Source: a virus
Lineage: Duplodnaviria; Caudoviricetes
IMG/VR virus record: IMGVR_UViG_3300044645_001661
Length of the DNA: 64,000 nucleotides
Strand: one strand, 5' to 3'
The translations under genes and the position numbers were made by a program. The notes beneath the pieces are model-generated. The model did no database searches. It saw only the letters and a program-made list of their open reading frames with translations, and had not been told where the DNA came from. Every line of letters begins with the position of its first letter. The first letter of the stretch is position 1. Below, piece after piece: positions 18,848-28,820 of this stretch.

Positions 18848-19006
18848 ATGAAAACCTGGTGTTTAAAAGACCATTTAACTGGTCATATATTTAAAGTCAT
18901 TTTTAGTGAAGATGAATTGAAAGAATATTTGAATAAAAATCCAGATATTTCTGAATGTATAGACTGTATTGAATGTGATGATGCTTCTACTATATTGATC
19001 GAATAA
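18848..19006 (+). CDS. 52-aa hypothetical protein (MKTWCLKDHLTGH...)
   Basis: Manual translation; AGGA SD. Confidence 0.5.
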   Translation: MKTWCLKDHLTGHIFKVIFSEDELKEYLNKNPDISECIDCIECDDASTILIE

Positions 19007-19042
19007 AATTAAAATAAATATTACTGTAAATTAATGTAACTT

Positions 19043-19285
19043 ATGGCGATTTATCCTATCATTAATAACGAGACTGGGGAAAAAAAGATCATTGAGATGA
19101 GTGTACATGACATTACTCAATGGTATAAAGATAATCCAGAATGGACTAGAGATTGGTCTAAAGGATGTGCATCTTTTGGAGAAGTTGGAGAATGGAAAGA
19201 TCAACTTATTAAAAAACATCCTGGATGGAATGAAGTCCTAGAAAAAGCATCTAAAGCACCCAAGTCCCTTGTTAAGAAAATCTAA
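19043..19285 (+). CDS. Conserved hypothetical protein upstream of phoH
   Basis: YPIIN.ETGE, HPGWNEVL; AATAAATA at 19013-19020. Confidence 0.65.
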   Translation: MAIYPIINNETGEKKIIEMSVHDITQWYKDNPEWTRDWSKGCASFGEVGEWKDQLIKKHPGWNEVLEKASKAPKSLVKKI

Positions 19286-20043
19286 TGGCAAGAAGAAGAA
19301 GAACTGATGAGCATCAACCAATAGGTGTTGGTATGACTGCAAAACAAATGAAAAGAAAAAAACCTGTTAATACGGAATTACTTTTAGATATTGATCCTTT
19401 AACAGAGAATCAAAAAAAATTATTCTCTTCATATAGTGAAAGTAAAAATCTTGTGGCATATGGTGCTGCTGGAACTGGTAAAACATTTATCACTTTGTAT
19501 AATGCATTGAAAGATGTTTTAAAAGAACATTCTCCTTATGAAAAGATATACATCGTTCGTTCATTAGTTGCTACCAGAGAAATTGGATTTCTTCCTGGAG
19601 ATCATGAAGATAAATCTTCTCTGTATCAAATTCCTTATAAGAACATGGTTAAATACATGTTCCAACTTCCAAGTGATACTGAATTTGAGATGTTATATGG
19701 CAACTTAAAGACACAAGGAACTATAAGTTTTTGGTCAACATCATTTCTTCGAGGAACTACATTAGATAATGCCATTATTATAGTTGATGAATTTCAAAAC
19801 TTGAATTTTCATGAACTTGATAGTATAATTACTCGTGTTGGTGAAAATACAAAAATTTGTTTTTGTGGAGATGCGACTCAATCGGATCTTGTAAAAACAA
19901 ATGAGCGTAATGGTATTATTGATTTTATGAAGATTTTACGAGTAATGCCTTCTTTTGACATCATTGAATTTGGTGTAGAGGATATTGTTCGTTCAGGTCT
20001 GTGTAAAGAATATATTATTGCAAAAACTGAGTTAGGATTTTAA
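19285..20043 (+). CDS. phoH: PhoH-like ATPase
   Basis: GAAGTGKT, REIGFLPG, FLRGTTLD, IVDEFQN, GDATQSDL. Confidence 0.95.
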   Translation: MARRRRTDEHQPIGVGMTAKQMKRKKPVNTELLLDIDPLTENQKKLFSSYSESKNLVAYGAAGTGKTFITLYNALKDVLKEHSPYEKIYIVRSLVATREIGFLPGDHEDKSSLYQIPYKNMVKYMFQLPSDTEFEMLYGNLKTQGTISFWSTSFLRGTTLDNAIIIVDEFQNLNFHELDSIITRVGENTKICFCGDATQSDLVKTNERNGIIDFMKILRVMPSFDIIEFGVEDIVRSGLCKEYIIAKTELGF

Positions 20044-20723
20044 TGTTTAAACATATTGAATTGGATCTCCCCAAATTAGAACGGGAGAATATAGATGGTG
20101 TTCGTTATTATAAAATACCTGATGGAAATGAACTTTTAAAATTATTTTCTATCACTTCAGTTACCAGTCATAAAAATCGCCAGTTCTTTGCTAACTGGCG
20201 TAAAAAAATTGGTGAAGAAAAGGCGGATAAAATTACTAAGCAGGCAACCAGTCGCGGGACTGATATGCACACTTTAGTTGAACATTATTTGATTAACGAT
20301 CAAGAACTTCCTAAAGTTCAACCTTTATCTGATTTCTTATTTAAAATTGCTAAACCAGAATTAAATAAGATAAATAATATTCATGCTCTAGAGTCTTCTC
20401 TTTACAGTAAAGTATTAGGTGTTGCGGGAACAGTAGATTGTATTGCTGAATTTAATGGAGAATTGGCAATAATTGATTTTAAAACCTCAAAAAAACCTAA
20501 ACCTAGAGAATGGATTGAACACTATTTTGTTCAATGTGTAGCATATGCATGTATGCTTTATGAGTTAACTGGAATTACCGTTAAAAAATTGGTAATCATT
20601 ATGTCTTGTGAAAATGGAGAATGTGTTGTTTATGAAGAATACGACAAAGAAAAATACATCAAACTACTCATACAGTATATTAGAGAGTTTGTTCAATACA
20701 AATTGGGAACATATGAAACCTGA
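20043..20723 (+). CDS. PD-(D/E)XK exonuclease (Cas4/exonuclease A-like)
   Basis: RGTDMH, AGTVDC, IIDFKTS, YFVQ..AY. Confidence 0.85.
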   Translation: MFKHIELDLPKLERENIDGVRYYKIPDGNELLKLFSITSVTSHKNRQFFANWRKKIGEEKADKITKQATSRGTDMHTLVEHYLINDQELPKVQPLSDFLFKIAKPELNKINNIHALESSLYSKVLGVAGTVDCIAEFNGELAIIDFKTSKKPKPREWIEHYFVQCVAYACMLYELTGITVKKLVIIMSCENGECVVYEEYDKEKYIKLLIQYIREFVQYKLGTYET

Positions 20724-21003
20724 TAAACAAACAAAAAGTAATTTAGAACAAAAAGAATTTGAAAAAGTATTAGAAAATAAGTTTTTCTGTCCTACTAAAT
20801 TCGCACAAGAAATTGAAGCATTAGTTCATCATAATAATGATATGAATTATATTGATGCTATTATTCATTTTTGTGATAAAAATAGTATTGATTTAGAATC
20901 TGTTCCTAAACTTATATCTAAACCATTAAAAGAAAAAATTAAGTATGATGCAATGGAACTTAATTTCTTAAAAAGAACTTCCAGGGCTAAGTTAATTTTT
21001 TAA
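20713..21003 (+). CDS. 33: Late-promoter transcription coactivator gp33
   Basis: YIDAIIHFC, ESVPKLISKPLKEKI, LNFLK; ATG 20713 preferred to 20608. Confidence 0.85.
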   Translation: MKPDKQTKSNLEQKEFEKVLENKFFCPTKFAQEIEALVHHNNDMNYIDAIIHFCDKNSIDLESVPKLISKPLKEKIKYDAMELNFLKRTSRAKLIF

Positions 21004-21018
21004 TTTTTAATTTATATT

Positions 21019-21609
21019 ATGACACCTTTTGATGTTTATAAAACATATCTTGCTTTAAAAAATCACTTTACTAAAGATAGTTACGACTATCATAAGTATT
21101 GTGGTAAAAGTAGAGCTACGCTACAATCCTTCTATAAAAGGAAGGATAGATATTGGTTTGAAAAATTATCTAGACAAAAGAGTGATCAGGAAGTTATAAA
21201 TTTTTTTGTTGCCAATTTTGTTTCTTGTGATGATCCTCAATCGTTATGGATTGGAGAAATAATTAGAGAAGGTGAAACTAGATACGTTGATTGGGAAAAA
21301 AAGAAACAATCCCTTTCATATCATTTTAAAGAACAGGTAAGTAATATATTTAATAAAAATAATTTTGATGAGATGTTTTTTGTAGAAGGATCATCTCATC
21401 CACAAATATTAAAGCAACATTTGCAAAATAATATCTCCTTAGAAACTTTTATTATACTTGATAAAATTTTTGGATTTGTAAAAGTTTTTGATAAGAAATT
21501 AAATGATCCTGTGTGGAAATTTATATCTGCTAGGATAAAAAAATATTCTTCGTTTCTAAATATTGATATATTTAAGTATAGAAAAATTTTAAAGGAGTGT
21601 GTATTATGA
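21019..21609 (+). CDS. 59: Helicase loader gp59
   Basis: VYKTYLALKNHF..DSYDY.KY.GK, RKDRYWFEKLS, ISLET.IILD. Confidence 0.9.
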   Translation: MTPFDVYKTYLALKNHFTKDSYDYHKYCGKSRATLQSFYKRKDRYWFEKLSRQKSDQEVINFFVANFVSCDDPQSLWIGEIIREGETRYVDWEKKKQSLSYHFKEQVSNIFNKNNFDEMFFVEGSSHPQILKQHLQNNISLETFIILDKIFGFVKVFDKKLNDPVWKFISARIKKYSSFLNIDIFKYRKILKECVL

Positions 21610-21947
21610 GTTTTTTTGAATCAGATGTAGTTCGTGCAGAGATGGTAGAAATTTCTGAACTACAAGAAGATCTTTATAATAGTGTTTTTAAATTTTACCA
21701 AATGGATCATAAAGGTAAAATGCAACATGTTGATTTACTTCAAAGGTTATTGGATAAACAAAAAGTCTTATATACCAGATTATCTTTATCTGATGATCCA
21801 GAAGCAAAAAAGATGAAAGAAAATATATCAAAGTCTGCTGTTATGATGGGACTACCAGCAAATGTTGATATGAATGTGATCTTCACTAATATGCAAACTT
21901 TGATTGAAAAAATGAAAGAACAAATTGGTAAATTTGAAAACACTTGA
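21606..21947 (+). CDS. Conserved cyanophage protein (DUF1825-like)
   Basis: MSFFESDVV, LLDKQKVLYTRLSLSDDPEA. Confidence 0.65.
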   Translation: MSFFESDVVRAEMVEISELQEDLYNSVFKFYQMDHKGKMQHVDLLQRLLDKQKVLYTRLSLSDDPEAKKMKENISKSAVMMGLPANVDMNVIFTNMQTLIEKMKEQIGKFENT

Positions 21948-21972
21948 CATGGACGGGCATCTGCAATATATT
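21944..21972 (+). promoter_or_regulatory. Sigma70-type promoter of gene 32
   Basis: TTGACA (21944-21949), 17 nt, TATATT (21967-21972). Confidence 0.65.
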
Positions 21973-22043
21973 GGTTTAGTGCCCACCGCAGATGCCCTAA
22001 CGGGCACCCAAAGGCCAAATCTAACTTAATCTGAGGTAATCTA

Positions 22044-23009
22044 ATGTCTTTTTCTGATCTTAAAAAACAATCTTCTCTTGGTTCTCTTACACAAAAACTT
22101 GTTAAAGAGATGGAGAAGATGAATACATCTTCTAATGGTGCTGATGATCGTCTCTGGAAACCAGAGATGGATAAGACTGGTAATGGGTACGCAGTTGTTC
22201 GATTCCTACCTTCTCCTGAAAGTGAAGATCTTCCGTGGGTAAAAATGTATGCCCATGGATTTCAAGGTCCTGGTGGATGGTATATTGAAAACTCGCTCAC
22301 TACTATTGGACAAAAGGATCCAGTTTCTGAATACAATCGTGAATTGTGGAACAGTGGTAGTGACAAAGATAAAGAAACTGTTCGTAAGCAAAAGCGTAAA
22401 CTATCTTACTACTCTAACATTTACGTAGTTAAGGATCCTGCAAATCCCGCCAATGAAGGTAAAGTATTTCTCTTCAAGTATGGTAAAAAAATCTTTGATA
22501 AGATTATGGCAGCAATGCAACCTGAATTTGAAGATGAGACCCCTATCAACCCCTTTGATTTTTGGCAAGGTGCAAACTTTAAGTTGAAAATCCGTAAGGT
22601 TGATGGTTACTGGAACTATGATAAGTCTGAGTTTGATCGCCCAGAACCTCTTCTGAATGATGATGAAGCAATGGAAGCAATTTGGAAAAAGGAATATTCC
22701 CTTAATCAATTGATTGCTCCGACCGAATTTAAAACATACGAAGAACTTGAAAAGCGTCTTAAGTATGTCCTTGGTCAAAAATCTGCTGCTCAACGTCCTG
22801 TTGATGAAGAGGTTGATGATGAAGACAACTCTCGCGGTTCTTATACTCCTAACTTTGAATCTCGTCGTCAGACTTCCGAACTTCCCGAAGACCTTAGTTC
22901 TCAACTAAGTTCTCTTTCTTCTAGTTCTTCTAGTTCTTCTAGTTCATCTTACGGTGAAGATGAGGATGATGATGCTATGAGTTACTTTCAAAAACTTGCA
23001 GAAAGTTGA
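22044..23009 (+). CDS. 32: Single-stranded DNA-binding protein gp32
   Basis: DDRLWKP, GNGYAVVRFLP, HGFQGPGGWYIENSLTT, NYDKSEF, Ser-rich linker and acidic tail DDDDAMSYFQKLA. Confidence 0.96.
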   Translation: MSFSDLKKQSSLGSLTQKLVKEMEKMNTSSNGADDRLWKPEMDKTGNGYAVVRFLPSPESEDLPWVKMYAHGFQGPGGWYIENSLTTIGQKDPVSEYNRELWNSGSDKDKETVRKQKRKLSYYSNIYVVKDPANPANEGKVFLFKYGKKIFDKIMAAMQPEFEDETPINPFDFWQGANFKLKIRKVDGYWNYDKSEFDRPEPLLNDDEAMEAIWKKEYSLNQLIAPTEFKTYEELEKRLKYVLGQKSAAQRPVDEEVDDEDNSRGSYTPNFESRRQTSELPEDLSSQLSSLSSSSSSSSSSSYGEDEDDDAMSYFQKLAES

Positions 23010-25349
23010 TTAATCGTAATATCTAGGGTTATCACCTCTCTTAAGGGTTCTGGACAAATATTGTTCAGAACCTTTTTTATATGTCATGATATTTTCAATA
23101 TCGTCAAATACTATACTTAAATAATCTGATTTTAAAACATAGATTGATCTTTTTTTCTCTTCTAACTCTATCTCATAATCATAGTTTGTTACTGGTTTTG
23201 ATACTTTATCACCTTCAATTTCTATAACTTTTTGTTCCTTTCTATCATAATATTGAACTCCGTCTGATATTTTTCTGTACCAGTTAAATCCATTATACTT
23301 CCATATTTGACCATTAATTTCAAATAATTCATCTACTTGTGGTTCGTATATATTTCCAGGAGGACTAATTGTTACTTGTGGTGCTGTTTCATATCCTCTT
23401 CCAGTATTTGTAAGTATTAAATCAATGATTACCCCATCTTCAACTAGTGCTCTTCCAGAAGCTGGAATTGGATCTAATGGTGCTTGTATTGTGACTTGAG
23501 GTGGTTGTCTATAATTATATCCTGGATCCGTAATTACTATTTGATTTACCTTTCCATCCGCATAAAGGGCATATCCTTGAGTTGTTCTTGCTGGAATTGG
23601 TGGTTGTATTGAAATTGTTGGTGGTTCAGAATATCCTCCACCTGGATTGGTTAGTACAAAACTACCTATATTTTCTCCACTTAGTGTTACATATCCTCTT
23701 GCTTGTAAGTCAATATTATATCCATATGCTTTTCTAGTTGAAGATCCAGAAATTATTAATCTAGTTCTTGCAGAATTTATAAAAACATCTTGAGGTAATG
23801 TATCTTTTGAAGAAAAATCTAAACTTGTTACTAGAGATGCAGTTCTAATATCCCAAGCAGTAGTTAAAGAAAATGCATATACTGTATTTGAACCACCAAC
23901 AAATAAATCTTTACCAGTATCATTAAAATTGAATCCTAAAATATTAAAATCATTGGTTATTGCTGATATATTTAATGATGATACTTGTATCGGTGATAAT
24001 GTCGTAATATCCCATGCAACAGATAATGAATATTTTCTAATTGTATCTGGAGATTCTCCATCTAGAATAAACAGAGATCTTCCATTATCTTGGAATCTTA
24101 CACCAGCTGGGGTTGATACTGATACGCTGGATTTATAAATTACAGATGTTAATAACCAAGGATTTCCTAAAGTATATTGGGCAATTTTATATCCACTTGA
24201 TGTTAGTCCAGAAACATACATTCTTGTTCCATCTGGACTAAATTCTACACCAGTTGCATATGTAAATGCTACACCAGTGGTTAAATTATATGTTCCAACA
24301 TAAGATGCAGTAGTAATATCCCATGGTGATGATAGTGTATATTGTTCTATTCTTCCTTGAGTATAACCAGACGCTCCATGGGCAGTATACATTCTGTCTC
24401 CATCTGGAGAGATGTACATACCTTCAAGACCAGTATTGATAGTTTGTGAAGGCATTTCACCTAAGAATATAGCATTACTAATAATATCTTCTGGATAAGA
24501 AAACTCTAATATAGGTAAAAATGTATATCCTTCTCCAGAATTGCCTATAGAAACTGAGGTTACTGTTCCTGCAGCACCAATAGTGACGTTAAATTCGGGT
24601 GGTATGGTTGGTGGTGGAGGAGTAAAAGATACTAATGGTTGATAAGTATATCCTCTACCAAAGTCTACAATTGAGACTGAAGCAACTTCTCTCTCACCTA
24701 AAACTGTTGATAAGACTGCAGTTGCAATTGCGACTCTTCCTTGAGGAGGATTCTCAATATATACCTGCACACTTTCATCGTATGCAGTTCCTGCAGAGAT
24801 TAAATTGAGATTTATAATACTTGAATTACTTATTGTTGATGATGCTAATGCCTGCTCTCCAGATATAGATTCTGGTAATTCTATATCATTATTTAATTCT
24901 ATTGTGTATTCTGGTGCGTTATAAAATCCTTCATCTACAAATGTTCCAGAAGGGACAATTGTAATTGAATCTGAAGTTTTATATTCTATGGTCTCATAGT
25001 GATGTATTCCTGAGTAAATATTTTCATAAGAACCATATTTTTCTAAAAGATATTTGTCAAAGGCATATTGAGTCTTTGGCCATTCATTATATACATTCAA
25101 TATATTATTTGATAATAAAACTACCCAATCTAATGTGGAATCATCGTATATTTTTTTAGCGATATTATCTGGGCGTTCATCTCCAATAATATTATATTTT
25201 GTAAAATATTTTAAGTTACCAAATATGTCGTCTCTTATCTTCCCTCTTTTAAATAAATTCTTTACAGGAACATAGTCATTAAGATTTCTCTTTCCTGGAA
25301 ATCTACTTACATATTCAAAATCGGGTACGTTTCTAAAATAGAATGCCAT
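23010..25349 (-). CDS. 53: Baseplate wedge gp53 with a large internal insertion
   Basis: N-terminal KNLFKRGKIR, DERPDNIA, WVVLLSNNI (LysM-like) and C-terminal TNYDYE..LEEKKR.I..LK enclose about 500 extra aa. Confidence 0.8.
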   Translation of the reverse strand: MAFYFRNVPDFEYVSRFPGKRNLNDYVPVKNLFKRGKIRDDIFGNLKYFTKYNIIGDERPDNIAKKIYDDSTLDWVVLLSNNILNVYNEWPKTQYAFDKYLLEKYGSYENIYSGIHHYETIEYKTSDSITIVPSGTFVDEGFYNAPEYTIELNNDIELPESISGEQALASSTISNSSIINLNLISAGTAYDESVQVYIENPPQGRVAIATAVLSTVLGEREVASVSIVDFGRGYTYQPLVSFTPPPPTIPPEFNVTIGAAGTVTSVSIGNSGEGYTFLPILEFSYPEDIISNAIFLGEMPSQTINTGLEGMYISPDGDRMYTAHGASGYTQGRIEQYTLSSPWDITTASYVGTYNLTTGVAFTYATGVEFSPDGTRMYVSGLTSSGYKIAQYTLGNPWLLTSVIYKSSVSVSTPAGVRFQDNGRSLFILDGESPDTIRKYSLSVAWDITTLSPIQVSSLNISAITNDFNILGFNFNDTGKDLFVGGSNTVYAFSLTTAWDIRTASLVTSLDFSSKDTLPQDVFINSARTRLIISGSSTRKAYGYNIDLQARGYVTLSGENIGSFVLTNPGGGYSEPPTISIQPPIPARTTQGYALYADGKVNQIVITDPGYNYRQPPQVTIQAPLDPIPASGRALVEDGVIIDLILTNTGRGYETAPQVTISPPGNIYEPQVDELFEINGQIWKYNGFNWYRKISDGVQYYDRKEQKVIEIEGDKVSKPVTNYDYEIELEEKKRSIYVLKSDYLSIVFDDIENIMTYKKGSEQYLSRTLKRGDNPRYYD

Positions 25350-25351
25350 TT

Positions 25352-26782
25352 TTAGTAACCTATTTCTTTAGAAGAGTCGTCATAATCTTTTGCATATATT
25401 GGTTCAAGTTCCATGAATTGTAAACTTAGATTATATGAAAACATTGAATGACTTTTGTTGTCTCCATTTTCCATAAAATCTTCATTAAATGTCATATAAG
25501 AACCATCTGGAGTGTAGTCAACACTACATGCTTGTAATGCACATTTTTTTATTTTATTAATTCCTTTGTGTGGTTTTCCTTGATAAAAATATGATATTTC
25601 ATAAACACAAGGTGCTTTTAAAAACAAATCTTTTGGTGTAGTCACTACTGCCATGGTTTGTTTAAAAAATCTAATAATTCCTTTTACTTGTTCTGCCTCT
25701 TGTATTGATCTTGGTGATAGTTTAAAATTAAATGTAAAAGGTCTTAAAGTAGGACCATCAAATAGTAGTTCTAAGTTTGGGTTTACAATCGCACCAGTTA
25801 ATCTTGCTGCTAAATTTGTTTGTACTGCTTGTTCTGCTGCATATAATGCAACAAAGTTTTTTATTTGTGAGGACACTTCACCATCTTGTGTCGTTCTTAA
25901 AGCATTCTCTAATGCTGCTGTAGCACCTTCTGCACCGCCGTTTATGGTTCCTAAAGCTAGATTTGCACCTCCCATCTGTAATGGTGTTATTGTACCCTCA
26001 TTCCACTTAACACCATTTTGATCTGTAACTGAAGGTTGAATTGGGAGTCTTACTGATCCTTTTATTTCTTGCTTTAAATCTCTTTCTTTAAAGCTGAAAA
26101 TATTACCACTTGCACCATTAACATCTCTCCCACCATATTTAAATGCTTTAAAAACAATATAATCTGTTGGTTGTGATCCTTGATTTAATGGGTATTTATA
26201 ATCTGCATATTGATCTCTTTGTCCTACTCCTTCAAAATTTAAATTTGCTATTCCAGACAAATCTACAGGAGTTGATGTGTTATCTTGATCATTTTGATTT
26301 GCTACATCACCACCAGTAGCGGCAGAGTCTGCTGGGTTTGATGATGCTGGTGGAGTTATAACTCTAGTTTGTTCTTGTTTTGATGTTATACCACTAGATT
26401 CTAATGCCCTAGTTACTTGTACTGATGTGTTTTTATTTAAATTACCGTTTGAATTTTTTAATGAATTTGCGGCATCTGTTCCTAAAACAGGTTTTCCATC
26501 TGAATCTTTTAATAATTCCCAAGTTTGACCATCAGAGGTTTTTGCTGCTGGAACCCAACTTCCTTTATTTGTTACTACACCAGCTAAAGTTATTTGTCCA
26601 GAAACATTTGCAGGTTTCCAATAATAAAGTGTTGTAGTTCCACCAGATACTGCTGCTCCACCAGATTGTTGGGATATTGCAGTTGAAGTTCTATAAAATC
26701 CATTTGTAGTGTCTTTACCAGTTCTAGTTCCAAATTCATTACTACAAATTTGACCTTGGGGGCATTTAAAATTTCCTGCCAT
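25352..26782 (-). CDS. 48: Baseplate tail-tube cap gp48
   Basis: NPNLELLFDGPTLRPFTFNFKLSPRS..EA..V..IIRFFK, CALQ..SVDYTPDG, L.F.ELEPI. Confidence 0.88.
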   Translation of the reverse strand: MAGNFKCPQGQICSNEFGTRTGKDTTNGFYRTSTAISQQSGGAAVSGGTTTLYYWKPANVSGQITLAGVVTNKGSWVPAAKTSDGQTWELLKDSDGKPVLGTDAANSLKNSNGNLNKNTSVQVTRALESSGITSKQEQTRVITPPASSNPADSAATGGDVANQNDQDNTSTPVDLSGIANLNFEGVGQRDQYADYKYPLNQGSQPTDYIVFKAFKYGGRDVNGASGNIFSFKERDLKQEIKGSVRLPIQPSVTDQNGVKWNEGTITPLQMGGANLALGTINGGAEGATAALENALRTTQDGEVSSQIKNFVALYAAEQAVQTNLAARLTGAIVNPNLELLFDGPTLRPFTFNFKLSPRSIQEAEQVKGIIRFFKQTMAVVTTPKDLFLKAPCVYEISYFYQGKPHKGINKIKKCALQACSVDYTPDGSYMTFNEDFMENGDNKSHSMFSYNLSLQFMELEPIYAKDYDDSSKEIGY

Positions 26783-26784
26783 TT

Positions 26785-27426
26785 TTAATTCCCCCTAAAG
26801 TCTAAATCATTTTTACCATATCCTTTATAAGTTCTTACTCCTCTTAGCATTTTTTTAAATGTTTTGTTAGTGTCTTTCCAAACATCAGTTACTAAAATGG
26901 ATTTTTCTTTGCCTTCTTTTATTGATACAAAAGATTCAATTGGTATATTTATGGCAGTTATCCATTCATCAAATGCTACATCTAATAATAAACCTTTAAT
27001 TTGATTTATATTATATTTAGACACAGAACTATATGGTAAATTCAATCTACCTCCCATTAAATTTTCTGTTATTATTTGTCTTTTTGGTGGATCAATATAA
27101 TGTAAATTACTTCCAGTAAAAGAATTTCCTGAGGTTGAAATTATATAAACTAAAGGATTTTTATCAAAATACTTTAAATTTTTTGAAGATGCTTCATATT
27201 CAAACATCATCAAATGTCCAACTTTTGGAATTCTTCTTAATACGTTTGTATCTTTGTCTTCTTCTTTACCATTATCTTTTTGCTCATCTAATATTAGTCT
27301 TTGTGGGTCATTTTTATATTTTTCTGATAACCGTGCAAAAGCTCTTCGATAGAAAAATGGAGATTTTCCTTTTCCTTCTAAGTTTACTTCTTCGTTAAGT
27401 TCTTCGAACAGAGTTTTTTTAGACAT
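26785..27426 (-). CDS. 2: DNA end-protector gp2-like protein
   Basis: GHLMMFEYEA, YFDKNPLV, F.G.NLHY; sits next to gp4. Confidence 0.65.
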   Translation of the reverse strand: MSKKTLFEELNEEVNLEGKGKSPFFYRRAFARLSEKYKNDPQRLILDEQKDNGKEEDKDTNVLRRIPKVGHLMMFEYEASSKNLKYFDKNPLVYIISTSGNSFTGSNLHYIDPPKRQIITENLMGGRLNLPYSSVSKYNINQIKGLLLDVAFDEWITAINIPIESFVSIKEGKEKSILVTDVWKDTNKTFKKMLRGVRTYKGYGKNDLDFRGN

Positions 27427-27869
27427 TACTTTATACCTAAATCATCTTCTGTTATAATTTTAAATTCTAGAAGTCTATCTTTACACCATTCTTCTGCGGC
27501 ATTCCACTTTGCTTTATTTACTTCATACAATTGGGCTTCATATAAAAATGATTTGGTTATTCTGGATTTTCTTTTTGGTGGAGCGGTTTGTCTTTTTGGT
27601 TTGACTTCAACTACATAAGTTTTTATAGTTCCAGTTTTATCTTTCATTTTTACTATAAAGTCTGGGTAATACTTATGAACTCTTCGGTCAATTGGTGATA
27701 TGTAGGGGATAAAAAATTCTTCACTTGCCCACTCTAAAATATTTTCATTCAAGTCACACCATTTGCAAAATTTACGTTCCCAACTACTTCTACAAATAAT
27801 ATTATTTGGATTTCCTTTATATTTTTGTGGGTTTGATGGTCGGTATTTGCTTTTTATGCTTTCATTCAT
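27426..27869 (-). CDS. 4: Head completion nuclease gp4
   Basis: YKGNPNNII.RSSWERKFC.WCD, YYPDF, EVKP, KW.AA. Confidence 0.92.
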   Translation of the reverse strand: MNESIKSKYRPSNPQKYKGNPNNIICRSSWERKFCKWCDLNENILEWASEEFFIPYISPIDRRVHKYYPDFIVKMKDKTGTIKTYVVEVKPKRQTAPPKRKSRITKSFLYEAQLYEVNKAKWNAAEEWCKDRLLEFKIITEDDLGIK

Positions 27870-27900
27870 AAATTAACTACATAGTATATAATAGTAAAAA

Positions 27901-27908
27901 TATTTATA
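27901..27908 (-). promoter_or_regulatory. T4-type late promoter TATAAATA for the gp4-gp2-gp48-gp53 unit
   Basis: TATTTATA on + strand, 31 nt upstream of the gp4 start. Confidence 0.65.
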
Positions 27909-27909
27909 G

Positions 27910-28773
27910 ATGGCGGGTAAAAGTCTTCCAGCGATAAATCCTGGGGTATCAATGTCTAGAATAAAAAGTAGACTATTGCAGCCTGCTTTAACATCTAATT
28001 ATTCTGTTATAATTGCTCCACCAGGTAAAGCCTCTTTTCCTAGACAATCTGGGGATAAGGGGTTTGCTTTGTCATTCATAGAAAAACAAATAGGAAAACC
28101 AGTAGATAATGAATTATTAGAACTATCTTGTTCTGAGGCATCATTACCAGGATCATCATTTGCAACAATTGATATTAATAATGATTATATGGGGATAACC
28201 CAAAAACATGCATACAGGAGATTATATGATGATAGGGCAGACTTTACATTTTATGTGACTCAAGATAGTAACTATTATCAAATTAGATTTTTTGAGGCAT
28301 GGATGAGATATATTGCAAATGAGCAATATATTCAGGGAGTTTCTGCTAATGATAAACTTTCTTCCGCATCGATATCTAGAATACAATATCCAGAGTTCTA
28401 TAAATCAATTATACAAATTGTTAAATATGAGAGAGATTATGGCACTGGTAGATCATCTCAATCACCATTATTAATCTATAATTTTGTAGATGCATTTCCA
28501 GTGAGTTTAAATTCTATTCCAGTATCTTATGAATCTTCTTCTTTATTAAAAGTTACTGTATCTTTTTCTTATACTAGATATGCTGTTGATGATTTAACAA
28601 CTGTTGCTGAGACAACAGTTCCTGATAGAAATCCAAATTCAACTGGAAATCCAGATGTTCCACCTGGAACTACAACAGTTCAGTTAAATGGATCAAGAGG
28701 AACTGATATTCCAAGAACTGTTGCTATACAGGATGGTAGATCTACATTATCGCAAATATATGATGATGTATAA
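27910..28773 (+). CDS. 54: Baseplate-tail tube initiator gp54-like
   Basis: CSEASLPGS.F.T, RRLYD...FTFY, FEAWM.YI, AFPVSL.SIPVSY...LKVTVSF.Y.RY. Confidence 0.75.
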   Translation: MAGKSLPAINPGVSMSRIKSRLLQPALTSNYSVIIAPPGKASFPRQSGDKGFALSFIEKQIGKPVDNELLELSCSEASLPGSSFATIDINNDYMGITQKHAYRRLYDDRADFTFYVTQDSNYYQIRFFEAWMRYIANEQYIQGVSANDKLSSASISRIQYPEFYKSIIQIVKYERDYGTGRSSQSPLLIYNFVDAFPVSLNSIPVSYESSSLLKVTVSFSYTRYAVDDLTTVAETTVPDRNPNSTGNPDVPPGTTTVQLNGSRGTDIPRTVAIQDGRSTLSQIYDDV

Positions 28774-28787
28774 GATCTCAAAAACAC

Positions 28788-28795
28788 AATAAATA
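28788..28795 (+). promoter_or_regulatory. Late-type promoter AATAAATA
   Basis: One mismatch to TATAAATA, 25 nt upstream of the gp26-like start. Confidence 0.5.
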
Positions 28796-28820
28796 AAGTA
28801 ACTGAATTTTATAGGAGATT

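Noticed and set aside
22909-22950. TCTAGTTCT tandem microrepeat in gene 32
   Set aside because: Encodes the Ser-rich linker before the acidic tail, a normal feature of gp32 proteins; not a repeat element.
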